Below the pieces are notes generated by a model that worked only from the letters and a program-made list of their open reading frames with translations, was not told the origin of the DNA and did no database searches. The translations under genes and the position numbers were made by a program. A stretch of DNA of 62,696 bases, filler included, from Rhabdomonas costata (lineage: Eukaryota): the NCBI GenBank assembly GCA_019059605.1. It is 26 parts of 26 records of this genome, joined end to end, with 100 filler letters (N's around TTAATTAATTAA, not from the genome) between each part and the next. Parts side by side here need not be neighbours in the genome. Positions count along the whole stretch, not along the records: positions 36,236 to 38,550 come from JAHMHO010004086.1; positions 38,651 to 40,965 come from JAHMHO010004087.1; positions 41,066 to 43,380 come from JAHMHO010004088.1; positions 43,481 to 45,805 come from JAHMHO010004089.1; positions 45,906 to 48,220 come from JAHMHO010004090.1; positions 48,321 to 50,635 come from JAHMHO010004091.1; 20 more parts are not named here. The stretch is one strand, 5' to 3'. Positions within the stretch are counted from its first letter, which is position 1; each line of letters opens with the position of its first letter. Positions 36,549 to 48,850 of this stretch are shown one piece after another.

Positions 36549-38550
36549 CATAAAAACGTGGGACTGGAGTTGCTTGATGGCCACGTCGGTGTTGGTGTGC
36601 AGGTCCAGCCCACGGCACACCACCCCGTAAGCCCCCGCGCCCACTTGCCTCAGCAGAAGGTACCTGCCAGGGCACAGCGTGTCAATCTCCCGCTGGGTGT
36701 CCCGGATATACGCGGCGTTGGCTAGCTGTCCGCACCACTGAAGGACGAAACGAGAAGAAGGGGGTGTCATCAGCGAGAGAGAGAGAGAGAGGGGGGGGGC
36801 AACATATCAACTGGAAGAAAAATGCATGTCTGAAATTATGCACAAGGCAGTCCCCGAACATTCCAATGCTTTCACTTCATTGGCAAGGATATGTCATTTC
36901 CCCGCAACGGCCCGGTCTCTGAATTGCCCCCCGTTGATGGCGCGGTCATCGGGTTGCGCGCCAACTGCGCATTGCGGCCTCATCTGGTCATCAGGGTCTT
37001 TTTTCGCTCCAGTCAGATTCTCGCTGACGACATCAGGCTTCAGCGATTCCCACAGTATCACGGAAACGGGACCAGGATAGGCCGCAGAAACCCTTTCCGC
37101 TTGAAATATTGAGCGCAGTCTCGAGCACCTTGGCCACGCAGCGAGTAACTGCCCGGGTGATGGCTGGGAGCGAGTTCGCGGAGATTTCATCTGTGTAGTC
37201 ACCCTCGAGCACCCCCAGCCCTGTATACTCCTCGGCAGCCTGAGCACAATAAAAAGGATCCATTTTGGCAGGGGCACCGACGCACCACTTCCCCGTTCCC
37301 AACTTAAAGTTCTGTTTTTACGATCCTGTTTTTATTCGGGGGGAGCAGTGCTTCCTAAGGCTTCCCACCAGAGAAAATCATTGCATCGCAAGCCTGCAGT
37401 CCGCGGTTCACACACTTTGCGCCCAGTCGAATCCAGTGGTGGCATTCCAGGGAAAAATTAAGGAGTGTCTTCTGGTGACCTATCAGAGAGGCCCGCGGAG
37501 ATTTTTCGGGCAAGACTTGGAACTAAGTAAGGTGGCGATCCAAGCAGCGGGAGACAGCTGAGCTCAAGCCCGCGCTCCTACAGTTGCATCTTCGCGAAAA
37601 CGAAAACAAACAAAGCAGCAAATGGAACTGCAGAACTTCTATAAGTCCGTGCAGAGCCATCTGGTCCATTACCTGACTACACCTCTCGGGTGAACAAAAT
37701 CAGTTCAAACCTCGGGGAATTCGGGGCAAAAGTCGCTCCCAAAGAACGGATGCTGCAGGGCACGTAGTGCACTCGGAGTGGCTTCCGAAAGCGGACCCAG
37801 CCCAAACAACTCTGCAAGCAGACTCGCCGCTGCCGCCCTTGCACAGGCTTCAGCCTCCTGCGGAGAGACCCGCAAAACGGACAACAGGCTGACAACTGCG
37901 GCCGTGTCCTCCAGCGACAGACCCGAAATTGGGTTATCCACAGCGGAGGCGATCTCCTCAGCAGTGGAGCATCCTGTTCAAAGTGCGCCGTGCAACTCCA
38001 AGGGGGTCCAACCCTACCAGCGAATCGGGACACATTCAGAACAGCATCGCTTCTTCAGAAAAATCTCTTCCCTCGCACCACTGTTAACGGTGACCCACGT
38101 CACAAGTACCTGGTGTCCATCCATGCACAGCACTTCTTTCGTTCACTTCTTTGTGTGGTGCACCACACACCCCGCCTAACTTAGCATTCTGTCGAACACT
38201 TGGCACTGCTGCCCAAGAGCCGGAAGTATCGCATCTTAGAACGTCCCCATGGGTATGGAGCTGGGATTTTGTGAAAAGCCATATTCTCCTCACCACCTTC
38301 AAACAACAGCCACAGAGGGACAGCTTAAGCTACCGAAAAAGGGGTTACACCCTAACAAATCATGAAGAGAATAGGAAGCAACACGTACGCAGAAGCGTGA
38401 CAAGTCGATCGTATACGGCTTGGCTCATGGTCTGAGGTTTCGTCGGAAGCGACACCCCCTCCCCGCTCCACCCCATCATTCTCCCCAGGATGCACCCAAT
38501 GGCCACCAGATCCACTGCGGCAGCCCTGGGGGGCACCTGAGCGCCTCCAG
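36549..38550 (-). CDS. Protein with two tandem MAPK/CMGC-like kinase domains (partial, 4 exons)
   Basis: Exons 38550-38389 (AVDLVAIGCILGRMMG, subdomain IX-like), 37973-37711 (SLLAELFGLGP...ALRALQHPFF, subdomain XI-like), 37239-37129 (linker) and 36737-36549 (RYLLLRQVGAGAYGVVCRGLDLHTNTDVAIKQL, subdomains I-II) join in frame through GT-AG introns. Confidence 0.8.
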
Positions 38551-38650
38551 NNNNNNNNNNNNNNNNNNNNNNNNNNNNNNNNNNNNNNNNNNNNTTAATT
38601 AATTAANNNNNNNNNNNNNNNNNNNNNNNNNNNNNNNNNNNNNNNNNNNN

Positions 38651-39672
38651 GTGTTGGGTGGTTTGGGGGTGGTGGTCAGCGAGAGAACAATGACCCAAGC
38701 CTGCTCTGAATTCCACTTTCGTTCCTTGGGCAAGGTCAAGGTGCCTGGCAAGAGCACTGTGGTGTCCGTGTACGAGCCTCTTTTTGGAATTCCTCAGGAC
38801 CCCGCCTTGTCCCTGTCACGGGGAGACAGCTCAGGGGTGGTTGAGGTGCTTCCAGACGGCAGTGTTGCCCTCGGAGCGGAAAGAGGTTTTTGTAGGAGCA
38901 CGGAGCGGGGGTCATTTGTAGCCAAATTCCGATTTTGTTTTGGGATAAATTTTCAGGTTCAGTTGGGTGTGGACGTGTGCGAGTTTTCCACTTCCTAATA
39001 CGGGCTACTTTGCTTCTGCACTTTGCTCCCGCAGTGTCGTGACCTTATTATGTAAATATAAATTTCGGGAGCGCTTCTCCCACTGTTTTACGAATTGTTT
39101 TGATTTAGATGTGCTAGGAAGGCAGGGGGTTTCCGGTGTTGACACGTCTGCAAAGAGCCTTTAGTAGTTCCTAGGGAGCACAACTGCTGGCGTCCTGTGT
39201 GAGATGGATCTTTGACTCCAAGTTTTACTGATCCGTTTTTGTCCCTACCAATCCAATGTGATGCTTCCCCTTACCCAAACCCTGCGCTGTTTCCATCTCA
39301 ATGGGGATTGAGGGGTTCACCACTCGCGTTTCTACTGATTCCACTGCAGCACCCGTTTGACATGGAGGTTTTGGTAACCGACTTATGGCCGCTGGCACGC
39401 TACCAAGCCACTGCGTTCCAAGTCCAAGCGCACGTACAAGGCCCACACGTGTGCTCGTCGGCCCTATAAATTGCTGGGAATGTGCCGTGCGGCTTTCTTT
39501 TTTGGTTTCAGATTCCCAACATTCATCCCGCTCCCAGCTGTACCGATCCGACCAGCAGCATCGGGGTAGTCCTCCTAGCGGGCAGGTCTCACTGGAAGAG
39601 GAGACGGTAGTGTACGGGTGGAAGCGCGTCCCTCGGCCAGTGCTGGTTCAAGCCGCCGAGCTGTTCGGAAAG
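38651..39672 (+). CDS. Class III adenylyl/guanylyl cyclase, end of the catalytic domain and C-terminal region (partial, 2 exons)
   Basis: Exon 38651-38885 (LGVVVSERTMTQACSEFHFRSLGKVKVPGKSTVVSVYEP) resembles the cyclase C-terminal pattern ILISE...F..R.LG.V.VKGK..PV.VYE. A phase-1 GT-AG intron joins it to exon 39512-39672 (...EETVVYGWKRVPRPVLVQAAELFGK). Confidence 0.75.
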
Positions 39673-41065
39673 GTTGGCCGCTTCCCAGCCAGTCCTCCTC
39701 TTCTTTTTCTCACTGTTGCGCTCTAGCTTTGCATTGCACCCCCCCCCCGCGTGCCCTTCGACACTTGCTGAACCTCCAAATTTTGGACGGCGTGCATCCT
39801 CCCCCAGGAACAGTGCCCTTGCATGGTTTCCTTCGGAAACTTTCGTTTCTCCCGATAACAAGAAGGCCGGAACTTTTCTAGCAATTGCACACCCCCGAAC
39901 GAACAAAATGTCGCATGTGGCAGGAACTGTGGAGCTGTGGTCCCAGAATCGTGGAACAACTGCAATGTGTAAGAAGGAAGGGAACTGCAGGTGGAGTTAT
40001 GGATCGTAATGGTTCGAAAGCGTTTGAAATACACATGTGATTGGCCGTCTCGAGACCTTCTTGCCGGATACGGTGAAAAAGAATGAAAAAGAATGGGCTC
40101 AGTCTGATTTGACTTTGAGCGTTGAGGGTGTATTGGAAACGAAGTAAGAAAGGGGTGGGGAATTTTCAGTCATCCAGCCAGAGGACGGCAGTTAAGGGGG
40201 CGGCGACACTCTTATCCTTTAAAAGAAAGTCAGTGGAGAAAGGCGAGAAAGTGGGGGGTGCGTGTGACAAACCCTTCGTTGTATTGCACGCAGTGGAAGC
40301 AACAAAAGGCAAGTGTACGTATGAGGAAGGAGAGGGGGTGGAGAAAATGCCGCAAGGGGACTGTACACTTCCACTCATGGCAAGAGTGAGAGAGATTGTG
40401 AGATTGTCCAAATTAAGTTGGCGATATCGGGCTTGATGTAGAAAAGCAGGAAAACAGTGCGCGGCATGAGATTCATGTTGGGAAAAAGAAAACGTTGACG
40501 GTTTGGGAAGGACCGGAGAACAAAGAGAACTCAGAGTCGAAGGTCGCAGATGTGGCGCGTTTTTGATGCCGTTTGGTTGGTGAAGAAGGTAGAGGAGTCT
40601 AACAAGCAGAACGAAGGAGAAATAAAAGAAAACAATGAACGAAAGGCAACAGCCTGGCGAGGAAGAGTTGCAGTAGAGAGAGTTGAAGAAGAGTTCCGCA
40701 ACCCGTAGCCTGTTGTGTGGGCCGTTGGCAGCTACTACTCGTGCTAAATGAGGCTGCGGCAACTCTGGATGAGGAGAGCCACAACAGGTCGGCTGAAGGG
40801 CTCTTTATTTGCCACATATGTGACGAGACCTAACCCCTCCCTTGTCTTGAAACGCGCACGCACCCTTATGACTCGAGACTCATTCACACACACACACACC
40901 CTATATCTCAAGACATATGGGGTCCCTAGGTAAGGTTCACCAACAACCCCAACCACACCCAACACNNNNNNNNNNNNNNNNNNNNNNNNNNNNNNNNNNN
41001 NNNNNNNNNTTAATTAATTAANNNNNNNNNNNNNNNNNNNNNNNNNNNNNNNNNNNNNNNNNNNN

Positions 41066-42674
41066 CCTCGCCAAAGGTTGAGGAGGAAGAGGCGTTCGGC
41101 GTGGGGAGCTCTTCGGATGGAAAGGTTTCCCTGCATTCTTCACTTCCACTCCCCGGAAGTCATTGAGAGGCAGGGCATTTCGGGGAACTCACTGGGTGTT
41201 GGGCCCTCCAGTCTTGGACTCGTAGAAGCGTCGAACTTCGGGAAGCGAGCTGGCGCTCGCGATGAACCCTCCAGGCACGAATTACAGATCAAACTTCATG
41301 AATGGGACTGAAACAATAAGGATACTGTTTCCCTTTCGGATTGTTATAATTTGTAGCACTGGTGACATTTTTCCCTTCCACGCATTCACACGACCTTGCA
41401 GGGCTTTCCCAACTTCTCTTTTTAGGGAAAACACGCCGCGAGCAGTCCGTCGCGAGCTGGTGCTTTTGAAGAGCTGGATGCCACTTTTGTGGTCTTTCTT
41501 TTGTGTCTTCCTGGGGGTGGTTGGGAACCGCTCATTCCCTGTTTTGCGTGAAAAACATTTCCGTTATATGTCGGCCACCCACGAGTTGTGCACGACTTCA
41601 ACAAGCCTGTGTCTTCGGACAGTGTTGAGAGCACTCACCGTGCGTAATGCTATCGATCACCTGGAATTCTGCACTTCCCGTGAAAATTTCTTTCTTGATC
41701 TTTTTTCTTTGAGGATTCCTTCCCAAGTTAAGGGAGACCCAGAGGTCAACGACGTCGGGTCACCCCACAAACCGCTGAAGCTGAGCAAACAAAAACTAGT
41801 CTTTTCTTTCCCGGATTGATTGTAACCATTGTTATAACCGTCGATTCCAACAAACCAGGTTTTTGGTTGCAGTGCTTTAGATTTTACAGAGTCGGGGACA
41901 GGATCCCCGGGATTACCCTTGTTGGGTTTTGAATGTCTTCCCACCGGAAACGTCAGTGGGCGCAAAAAAAATTAATCCAGGATTGCGAAGAAGAAGAGCC
42001 TGCCCGGGGGCGGGACGCGGTGCCATGGTCTTCTTTAGGGTGCAGTGCCGGAGCTGCAAGTTCCAGCCACGCCCGCGGGTCCCCTGTAAAACCCACGGCT
42101 CAGGTCCGTCTTTTACCTACACTAACAGCCCGACACGTTCAAGAAATCCGTTGGTGGGTGTGGGTGCATCGGGTTTGCTCTGCAATTACCAACGGCCTTT
42201 AACAAGCAAACCCTCACACAGGACAAGGAAGGGTGATCCCCTCCTGTCCGGAAAAGAATGGAATTGAGCCATGCACTGCACTTCTTTAGTGTGATTTTTG
42301 CAGTCCGTAGCCGCACCGAAGCTCGGGGGTGGGGTGGATGATTGCTTCCTGGACGACCTTCTGGGGTGCTCCGACGGCGGCGCACCGGTGGGGCCCTCGT
42401 CAGCTCTGCCACAGCCCATCCCAATTACTGTGGACTCCGGCAAGGTGTCCGCTTGGAGCATCCGGATTCGATTCTAATTTGCCATTAAGATCTGCTGAGA
42501 GAGAGGTCTTACGACCCAGACACGCTCAATGCTTCACGCTCATTAATCGGTGATGTGTTTGGCTTTTTTTCCGCTCAGGGCCGCGTTCCTGACGGGCCCA
42601 TGGATGAGCTTTGGAGGGCCGAAACTCTGCCTTTGCAGACCCGAAAGGGGGGTTTTGCTGACGCGCTTTCTCAG
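41066..42674 (+). CDS. Hypothetical low-complexity protein (4 probable exons)
   Basis: Blocks 41066-41124, 41981-42103, 42304-42444 and 42579-42674 have CAG| acceptors and |GT donors and join in phase 0 (…DCFLDDLLGCSDGGAPVGP…). No domain recognised. Confidence 0.5.
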
Positions 42675-43207
42675 GTAGTCATTTTGTCTTACTGTGCAAT
42701 GGATGACATGTGGATGGGAGAGGAAAGTGTAAAATGTTTGCCATGGTAGCACGCATAAAAAACAGGTTGATCCTTCAGTTGGTTTTCTAGAAAACGTATC
42801 GTATATTTGCATGAAGGCTCAAAAGAAGCAAGATGCTGATGAACGCTTTCTGACCACAGGCCATGATCACAAGGTGTTTTCTGTTAGAGTGACGGGGTTT
42901 AGCTGCAGGAAAGTGGGTGGGGTGCAGCACATACGTTTGCGTGCAACCCTGGCAACGTCGCCTTTACTGGTGTTTCGCCACTTTCTTCTTCAATTCTTCA
43001 CAGGTCAATTTCACAAATTCGTCCTTTGTGTTTCGTAACCTCTCCCACCCCACCCCATCGACAGACACGTTTTTGCGGATTTTATATACACGTACTTTAT
43101 TTGGTGCCGCTATATTCGCGGCGCAAAATTGTCCCTTGAGCCTCTGGTCATGAGATGAGTGTCCGTTCCTGCCGCCTTCTGTGGCGGAACAAACGTTTGT
43201 GAAGTCC

Positions 43208-43377
43208 TTGGTGGATGTGATCCCATGTCCACACCAACCTAGGCCCCTGGAGGCTCCAATGCGGGGATCCTAAGTGGTGGGCTGCCCGTCAGCTCAGGCC
43301 AGGGCCCCTCCGCTGTGGGGACTGCAAGGTGGTGCCTGGGGCCTAGGTTGGTGTGGACATGGGATCGCATACACCAA
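43208..43377. repeat. Inverted repeat at contig end (40-bp arms, 90-nt GC-rich spacer)
   Basis: 43208-43247 (TTGGTGGATGTGATCCCATGTCCACACCAACCTAGGCCCC) pairs with 43338-43377, with 2 mismatches. Confidence 0.92.
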
Positions 43378-44909
43378 ACCNNNNNNNNNNNNNNNNNNNN
43401 NNNNNNNNNNNNNNNNNNNNNNNNTTAATTAATTAANNNNNNNNNNNNNNNNNNNNNNNNNNNNNNNNNNNNNNNNNNNNGGTGGGTGGCCCACGGAGAC
43501 ATCCGTGGCGTTGGGCAGGCCGTCAGCCGCGACGGCCAGGAAAACGTCGCCGGGGCGCTGGAAAGCACCCCAAGGGCTCCTCGGTGGTGACCTGAAACCC
43601 AGCCTGCTTGAACTCGTCGGCGAGAGCAGTTCATTGTAGCTGCGCAGAAGGTGTGCTGCCCACTTCTAAGGTGAGCTGTCATTAGTGCCCTCAACGTTAC
43701 TGGGAAGGCTAGTGCGGTCTTGTTCGGTTGTTGTTCCTCCGTCTTGCTGTGTCACTGCGATGTTGTTGCTGGCTGTGATGGCTCCAGCTGCCATGGAATT
43801 GCCGGAATATTCTGCGGGGTTGCTGCAGGATTCGCGAATTAAGTCAGATGGTCAGTAGTGCGGTAGAAAGGTGGAGCTGTTGGCAGTGAAGAGCACTGGT
43901 GCACTGACAATGAGGGGGTCATCGTTGTGGCACACGGTTAAGGACACACCAGAATCAGCTAGAAAAGCCCATGTGGCTTTGTCACAGCTCAGGGCATCCT
44001 TAGGCTCCTGCGGAAGAAAGGGTGCGGTAAAGCGATGGCGAAGCAGGGGGGAGCCTCCGCCTGTCGAACAAAGTCTCGTAACGCACTTCGTTATCCCAGA
44101 CGCAGCCAAAAGGTGGGAGGAGTTGGCCGGAAGGGTCAGTCAGCGAGCTTTGGGCCTTCCGAGGATGATTCACTGACAGCGACTGATGATGGAGGTGTTG
44201 CCTTTTGCTCGGTCATCAGCGATGAGGGCAGTTGGCGTGCACAATGTTGTCATGGTGATTTTGCAATCGAGATGGGCTACCCACGGCAGAAAGAAGATTT
44301 ATCAGACTTTTCTCGCCCGTTTTCAACGTGTGGAACGGGTGTGTGATGTGGTGCAAGCGCGCTGCAACCGCTACTGAGCGGTTTTCGGAAAGAGGACTCG
44401 GAAATGGCCTCTTAGTCGGTTTGCCAAAACAGAGTCTTCTGCTGGCGCCTGTTTGGGTTGGTATTGGTAAGAATTGAACGGAACCCTGGTCTGCTGGTTG
44501 CTATTTGCGTGGATGCGTGGCGGAGGTTAACCGCTTCTCCACGCTACATAAAAAATCTTGCATTGAGGGTGGGGGGAGGAAGAGAATCGCGGGTTTTCCC
44601 CAGTAAAAAAGTCACTCTGGCCAAGTGCACACAGTCTTTTGGCGAAATTCTTCTCATTTACAACCCAATTGGGTGCGTGTATTTGCTTAGGGGGTATCGG
44701 ACCAGCTGCAAAACTCGTTGATCACCGGAGTGAAGGCCTCCCTAGAGGGCTTTGTGAGCCGAGCGGAGGTCGCGGTGGACCAGCTGGTGTTCCTGCTGCA
44801 GTCCAGCGGAGCGTTGTATCAGGTTCTGGGAAATTTCGCACCTCAAGGCGAGGCCAGGGTTTCAAAATGTTCGCCCGAGGAAAAGGCGATACCTATGGTA
44901 AGGTTGCAC

Positions 44910-44910
44910 C

Positions 44911-44942
<32 letters not shown>
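44910..44942. repeat. (CAA)11 microsatellite
   Basis: Seen directly. Confidence 0.97.
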
Positions 44943-44944
<2 letters not shown>

Positions 44945-47900
44945 CCAAAAAAAAAGCCTTAGGGTGATAAGTCTTTCGTCTCACTCAATTGCGCACGCCA
45001 GTGGAAACACACAGTAAAAAGGGGATGTCTTTAGCACAAACAAACCCTGCGCATGACAACAGTGTAGCAAATCGTGATGTGCGGCCGGTTTCTGTCCCTG
45101 GTCCACACGCAAGTATGGTACGAGACAGAGACCACACTTTCCCACCTAACGGACTGACAAGTCCTTCTAGTGGTGCTAGCAGCCACTGGGAACCGGTTCC
45201 ACCATTGTTCTACTCACCCTCCAAAGTCCACGGATTTAGGATTCGCCTCTGCCTCTTCCTGTCTTCCTGTCCTGTGATGTGCATCCCCGCTGAGGCTGCC
45301 TCATGGCCGGGCACGCTGCACCGGGCTCCACGGCATTGCAGAGGCCACAGAAAGCCGTTCGAAGCTATAGGAAGCTGAAACAAAGCTAGCAGTAGCGATT
45401 TTTACGTGTTCTGAATAGCAAAGAACTTTCACTGCGCACCTGCCAGGTTTCGGTGCCGGGTTACGCAGGATCTTCAGCAATTTTAACCACAGGGTCTCCC
45501 TGCCCAGAGTTAACTGGGACTTTAAGCAGTGCGTCTGTGCCTTCTGTTGTTCACAGAACGGATCCGTTGTGGTTCCCGAGCCCTCCCCTTTGGAGCCGTT
45601 CCAGGGGGTCGTGTTCGTGGCGCTGAAGAGCAATCCATGGATGTTCTGGCTGGACCTCTCCCTGTACTCAGATGTCCGCAACGGGTACAGAGAGAGATCC
45701 GTGGGGCAGAAGGGCAGAAGGGAGGTGATCCGGTACCCCACGGTATCGTGCGCTGCAAAAGCACACCCGCAAGTACTTGTGGTCAACAGCGCGAGCACCC
45801 ACCCCNNNNNNNNNNNNNNNNNNNNNNNNNNNNNNNNNNNNNNNNNNNNTTAATTAATTAANNNNNNNNNNNNNNNNNNNNNNNNNNNNNNNNNNNNNNN
45901 NNNNNGTTTGTGGGGTGACTTCTTCGAACCCGGCCGAGGGATGCCCTTCTTCATTGCAAAGAACATCCGCGAGGTGTTGCAGGGGGGGCACCCATAGGGC
46001 GAGAGTCATGTGCCTGTTGCAAGAGCGATTTGGGCCAAACGTCATGGACAACCGGAGTTCTTTCCTGCAGTCGGCTCCAAATGGCATTCGTGTCTTTTTT
46101 CATTGGCTCTGTGAACCTTCATGCCGCCGTTATTGCACGCGAGGAGCTGAGTTATTAATTGGGCGAATATTGCGGGTGTCATTGCAAGACTTTCATCTGG
46201 TGACTTTAACTCGCTGCCTTTTTGGTGTTGGTTTTGGTTTTGGCGTTGACTTGACGGACGGGTGAATTGAATCATCTGTGTTCACGATGTTGTTTCGAGT
46301 ATACCCATATTTGATTTGCAACCTCACCTCCACTTCTCACCCCCTACAAGTTCTTTTTTATTCACAGAAGGGTCGGATTTTGTCAACGTAATTAACGTGT
46401 TAATATATCAAAGCTTTGCAAAGAAAACATGGCAGATTCATGCATGCCACCACATGTCATTTTGAATTCCGCGCAGGTGCACAGATGGCCGCAGACTCAT
46501 TCTCCCGATGCCCGGCACCGTAAGGCTAGGGACAGTCAGGCACGTTGACCTCCAACCCTCATCCCTTCCCGCTCCCCTTGCCATCTGCTTTCGATTTGAG
46601 TGTCAAAATACCTGATGTCACCTTTAATTATAAATCCCTCCGCAGGGAACAGTCTGATACCTGTTAGACCTTTTCCGCCGAATCCTTATCAATTTTCACA
46701 TCCAAACAAGAATTTTCGCCCTCCTCTTTTCCCATCCTTTTTGTCTTTTCGATTGCCGGCCCCCCCTTTTTTTTCCAGTGCTCAACCGCTTCTCGCATTC
46801 TTTTTGTGTTTTACTCACCATGGGCAACTTGGGGACTTGTAAACTTTCTGCGTTGATTTACCAGCAGCGGGATCTCCAACACTTTTCCAGCAGAAGCGCT
46901 GGAATGTGAAATTCAACTTCGGAAAGGGCCATTTTTCATAGTACAGTTGAGGACTAACATGTGAACCCCTTCTTTCTTCTTCTTCAGATTTTCTCTGGAA
47001 TAGGCTGTGCTTTCTTTCGTTGCGGAACAGCCAACTATCCCGTCACGAAGATGCACTTCAGCGAACAAGCTCGCCACGTTTGCGCCTGGCACTCGCACGT
47101 GACAAAGCGGAGCCACATGCAGTTACATGACGGGCTTGTCTTGAACTCAATTCTCCCTATCCCTCGAGATCAAGACATTTGAATTGTGGGGGATCGATAT
47201 GTGAGGCAGCGCATGTGGTGGTGGGGATATTTCAGAGGCGCCGAACAAAAGTGTACCGCAAGTGCATCCGACTGGAGGAGCAGTTCGTCGAGCACTGCCA
47301 GGACGTCATTGACCACAAGGAGGCGATGTCTCAAAGGGTATTGCTGAGTGGCTTCCCCATTCCCATTTTTGGGGGCAGCACGGTGTGGAATCGGGCAAGC
47401 TTATTGCTTGGCACGACTTACAGCACAACCTCTTCACGACTCAAGTCGGTGAGACAGTACAGCTACCCCCAGGACAATGAAGAATAAATATGGCCTTTTC
47501 CATGACAAAATGAGAGACGAGAAAACAAAGCCAGACTCACCCAGACATCTGAAAATCGTCAGTACAGTGAAGAAATTGGAAACCAAACTGCGGCGCTGTG
47601 AACGTAAAAGAAGCAATTTTGCAGTCAAGCTTCACACTGGAAGATATTTTTTCTCCTAAAATCGCAAGTCCAAAAGCGCCCAGTGGGGGTTTGCGGTGTT
47701 CCTTTTTCTTTCACGGGCTTTCACGCCTTTTTTCGAGTTTATTTATGTCGATCACCCCAAAGATATCAATCTCTTTAATTTCTTGCGGCCAGCGTCGTGT
47801 CCTGTGCATTCAAGGCACGGGTGTTCTGGTCATTTTTGTTTCAGGTCATGCGGCTCCACAGCGACCCTGACTATATTTCCAGGGTGATGTCCTGGGGAAC

Positions 47901-48008
47901 CGCCGTGGCTTTGGTGGTGTGCATTCTTAGAAGCTACACCCTCCCCGTTTCCATTACTCCCTTGACGTATCCCTGAAAACAAACCTCGAATTATGTTCTC
48001 TGGGGAGA

Positions 48009-48217
48009 GTTGGCTCTCATATTGTTGAGTTGCTTGTAATTTTACCTTGCTTGATTGCTTTGTTGATTTGTTTGCTTTTATTGCTTGCTTGTTGATTATC
48101 AACCTCGGAAGATTACTGTCGGAAGGATTTTCAACAAGCAAGCAATAAAAGCAAACAAATCAACAAAGCAATCAAGCAAGGTAAAATTACAAGCAACTCA
48201 ACAATATGAGAGCCAAC
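48009..48217. repeat. Perfect inverted repeat at contig end (87-bp arms, 35-nt spacer)
   Basis: 48009-48095 is the exact reverse complement of 48131-48217; the same peptide appears in ORFs on both strands. Confidence 0.95.
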
Positions 48218-48320
48218 ACCNNNNNNNNNNNNNNNNNNNNNNNNNNNNNNNNNNNNNNNNNNNNTTAATTAATTAANNNNNNNNNNNNNNNNNNNNNNNN
48301 NNNNNNNNNNNNNNNNNNNN

Positions 48321-48850
48321 GGGTGGGTGTAGTTGGTATTGGAGATTGACAAATGTCTTGGATGTTGTGTTGTGATTTATGTTTTCGGTTGTTTTGTGGT
48401 TCGGCTGTCGCATTTCCGTTGGGTGCAAGTGGTGAGGTGGGTTGATGTCAGAGGTTGGGTTCACGTTGTGGAGTTGGGGTGAGGTGTCGCGTCGGTGTGC
48501 TTTACATCGGTGGGTTTTACGTCTGTTGTTTAGGACTTCGGTGCTTGTGTTTTAACTTCTGTAGTTCTGGTGGTGGTGGTGGTTGACGTTGACGTGGGTT
48601 GTGGGTCTTGAGATGTGGTGTGGTTTGTGCGTGGGTTCTGTGGTGGATGGTGGTTCAGGAGGGCGCTGATTTCAGGAGTTGGGTGGAGGGTGTGGGTTTC
48701 CAGGTTGGGTATCTGATGGTGCGGTTGGATTTTGAGTTATGAGGTTGGGGTGCTGAGTTCTGTGTCGGTCTCTGCGACCTCCGTTTTGCGTTTCTGTCCC
48801 CAGTTTGGTTTGGGTTGTGGTTTGGAATTCTTGCGTGGGTTTATGGCGTC
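48321..48850. repeat. G/T-skewed low-complexity tract
   Basis: A/C-poor + strand at the contig start, similar in character to 16914-17682. Confidence 0.7.

Noticed and set aside
28992..39672. Receptor + MAPK + cyclase as a clustered signalling system
   Set aside because: They sit on different contigs joined by artificial linkers.
40100..40930. Penelope-like or LTR/PBS-like element (KGLSHAP; ...TCACA TATG TGGC...)
   Set aside because: No RT or GIY-YIG motifs, no second LTR and no convincing tRNA complementarity.
44718..45017. PolyQ protein
   Set aside because: Explained by (CAA)11 followed by an A-run; no coding support.
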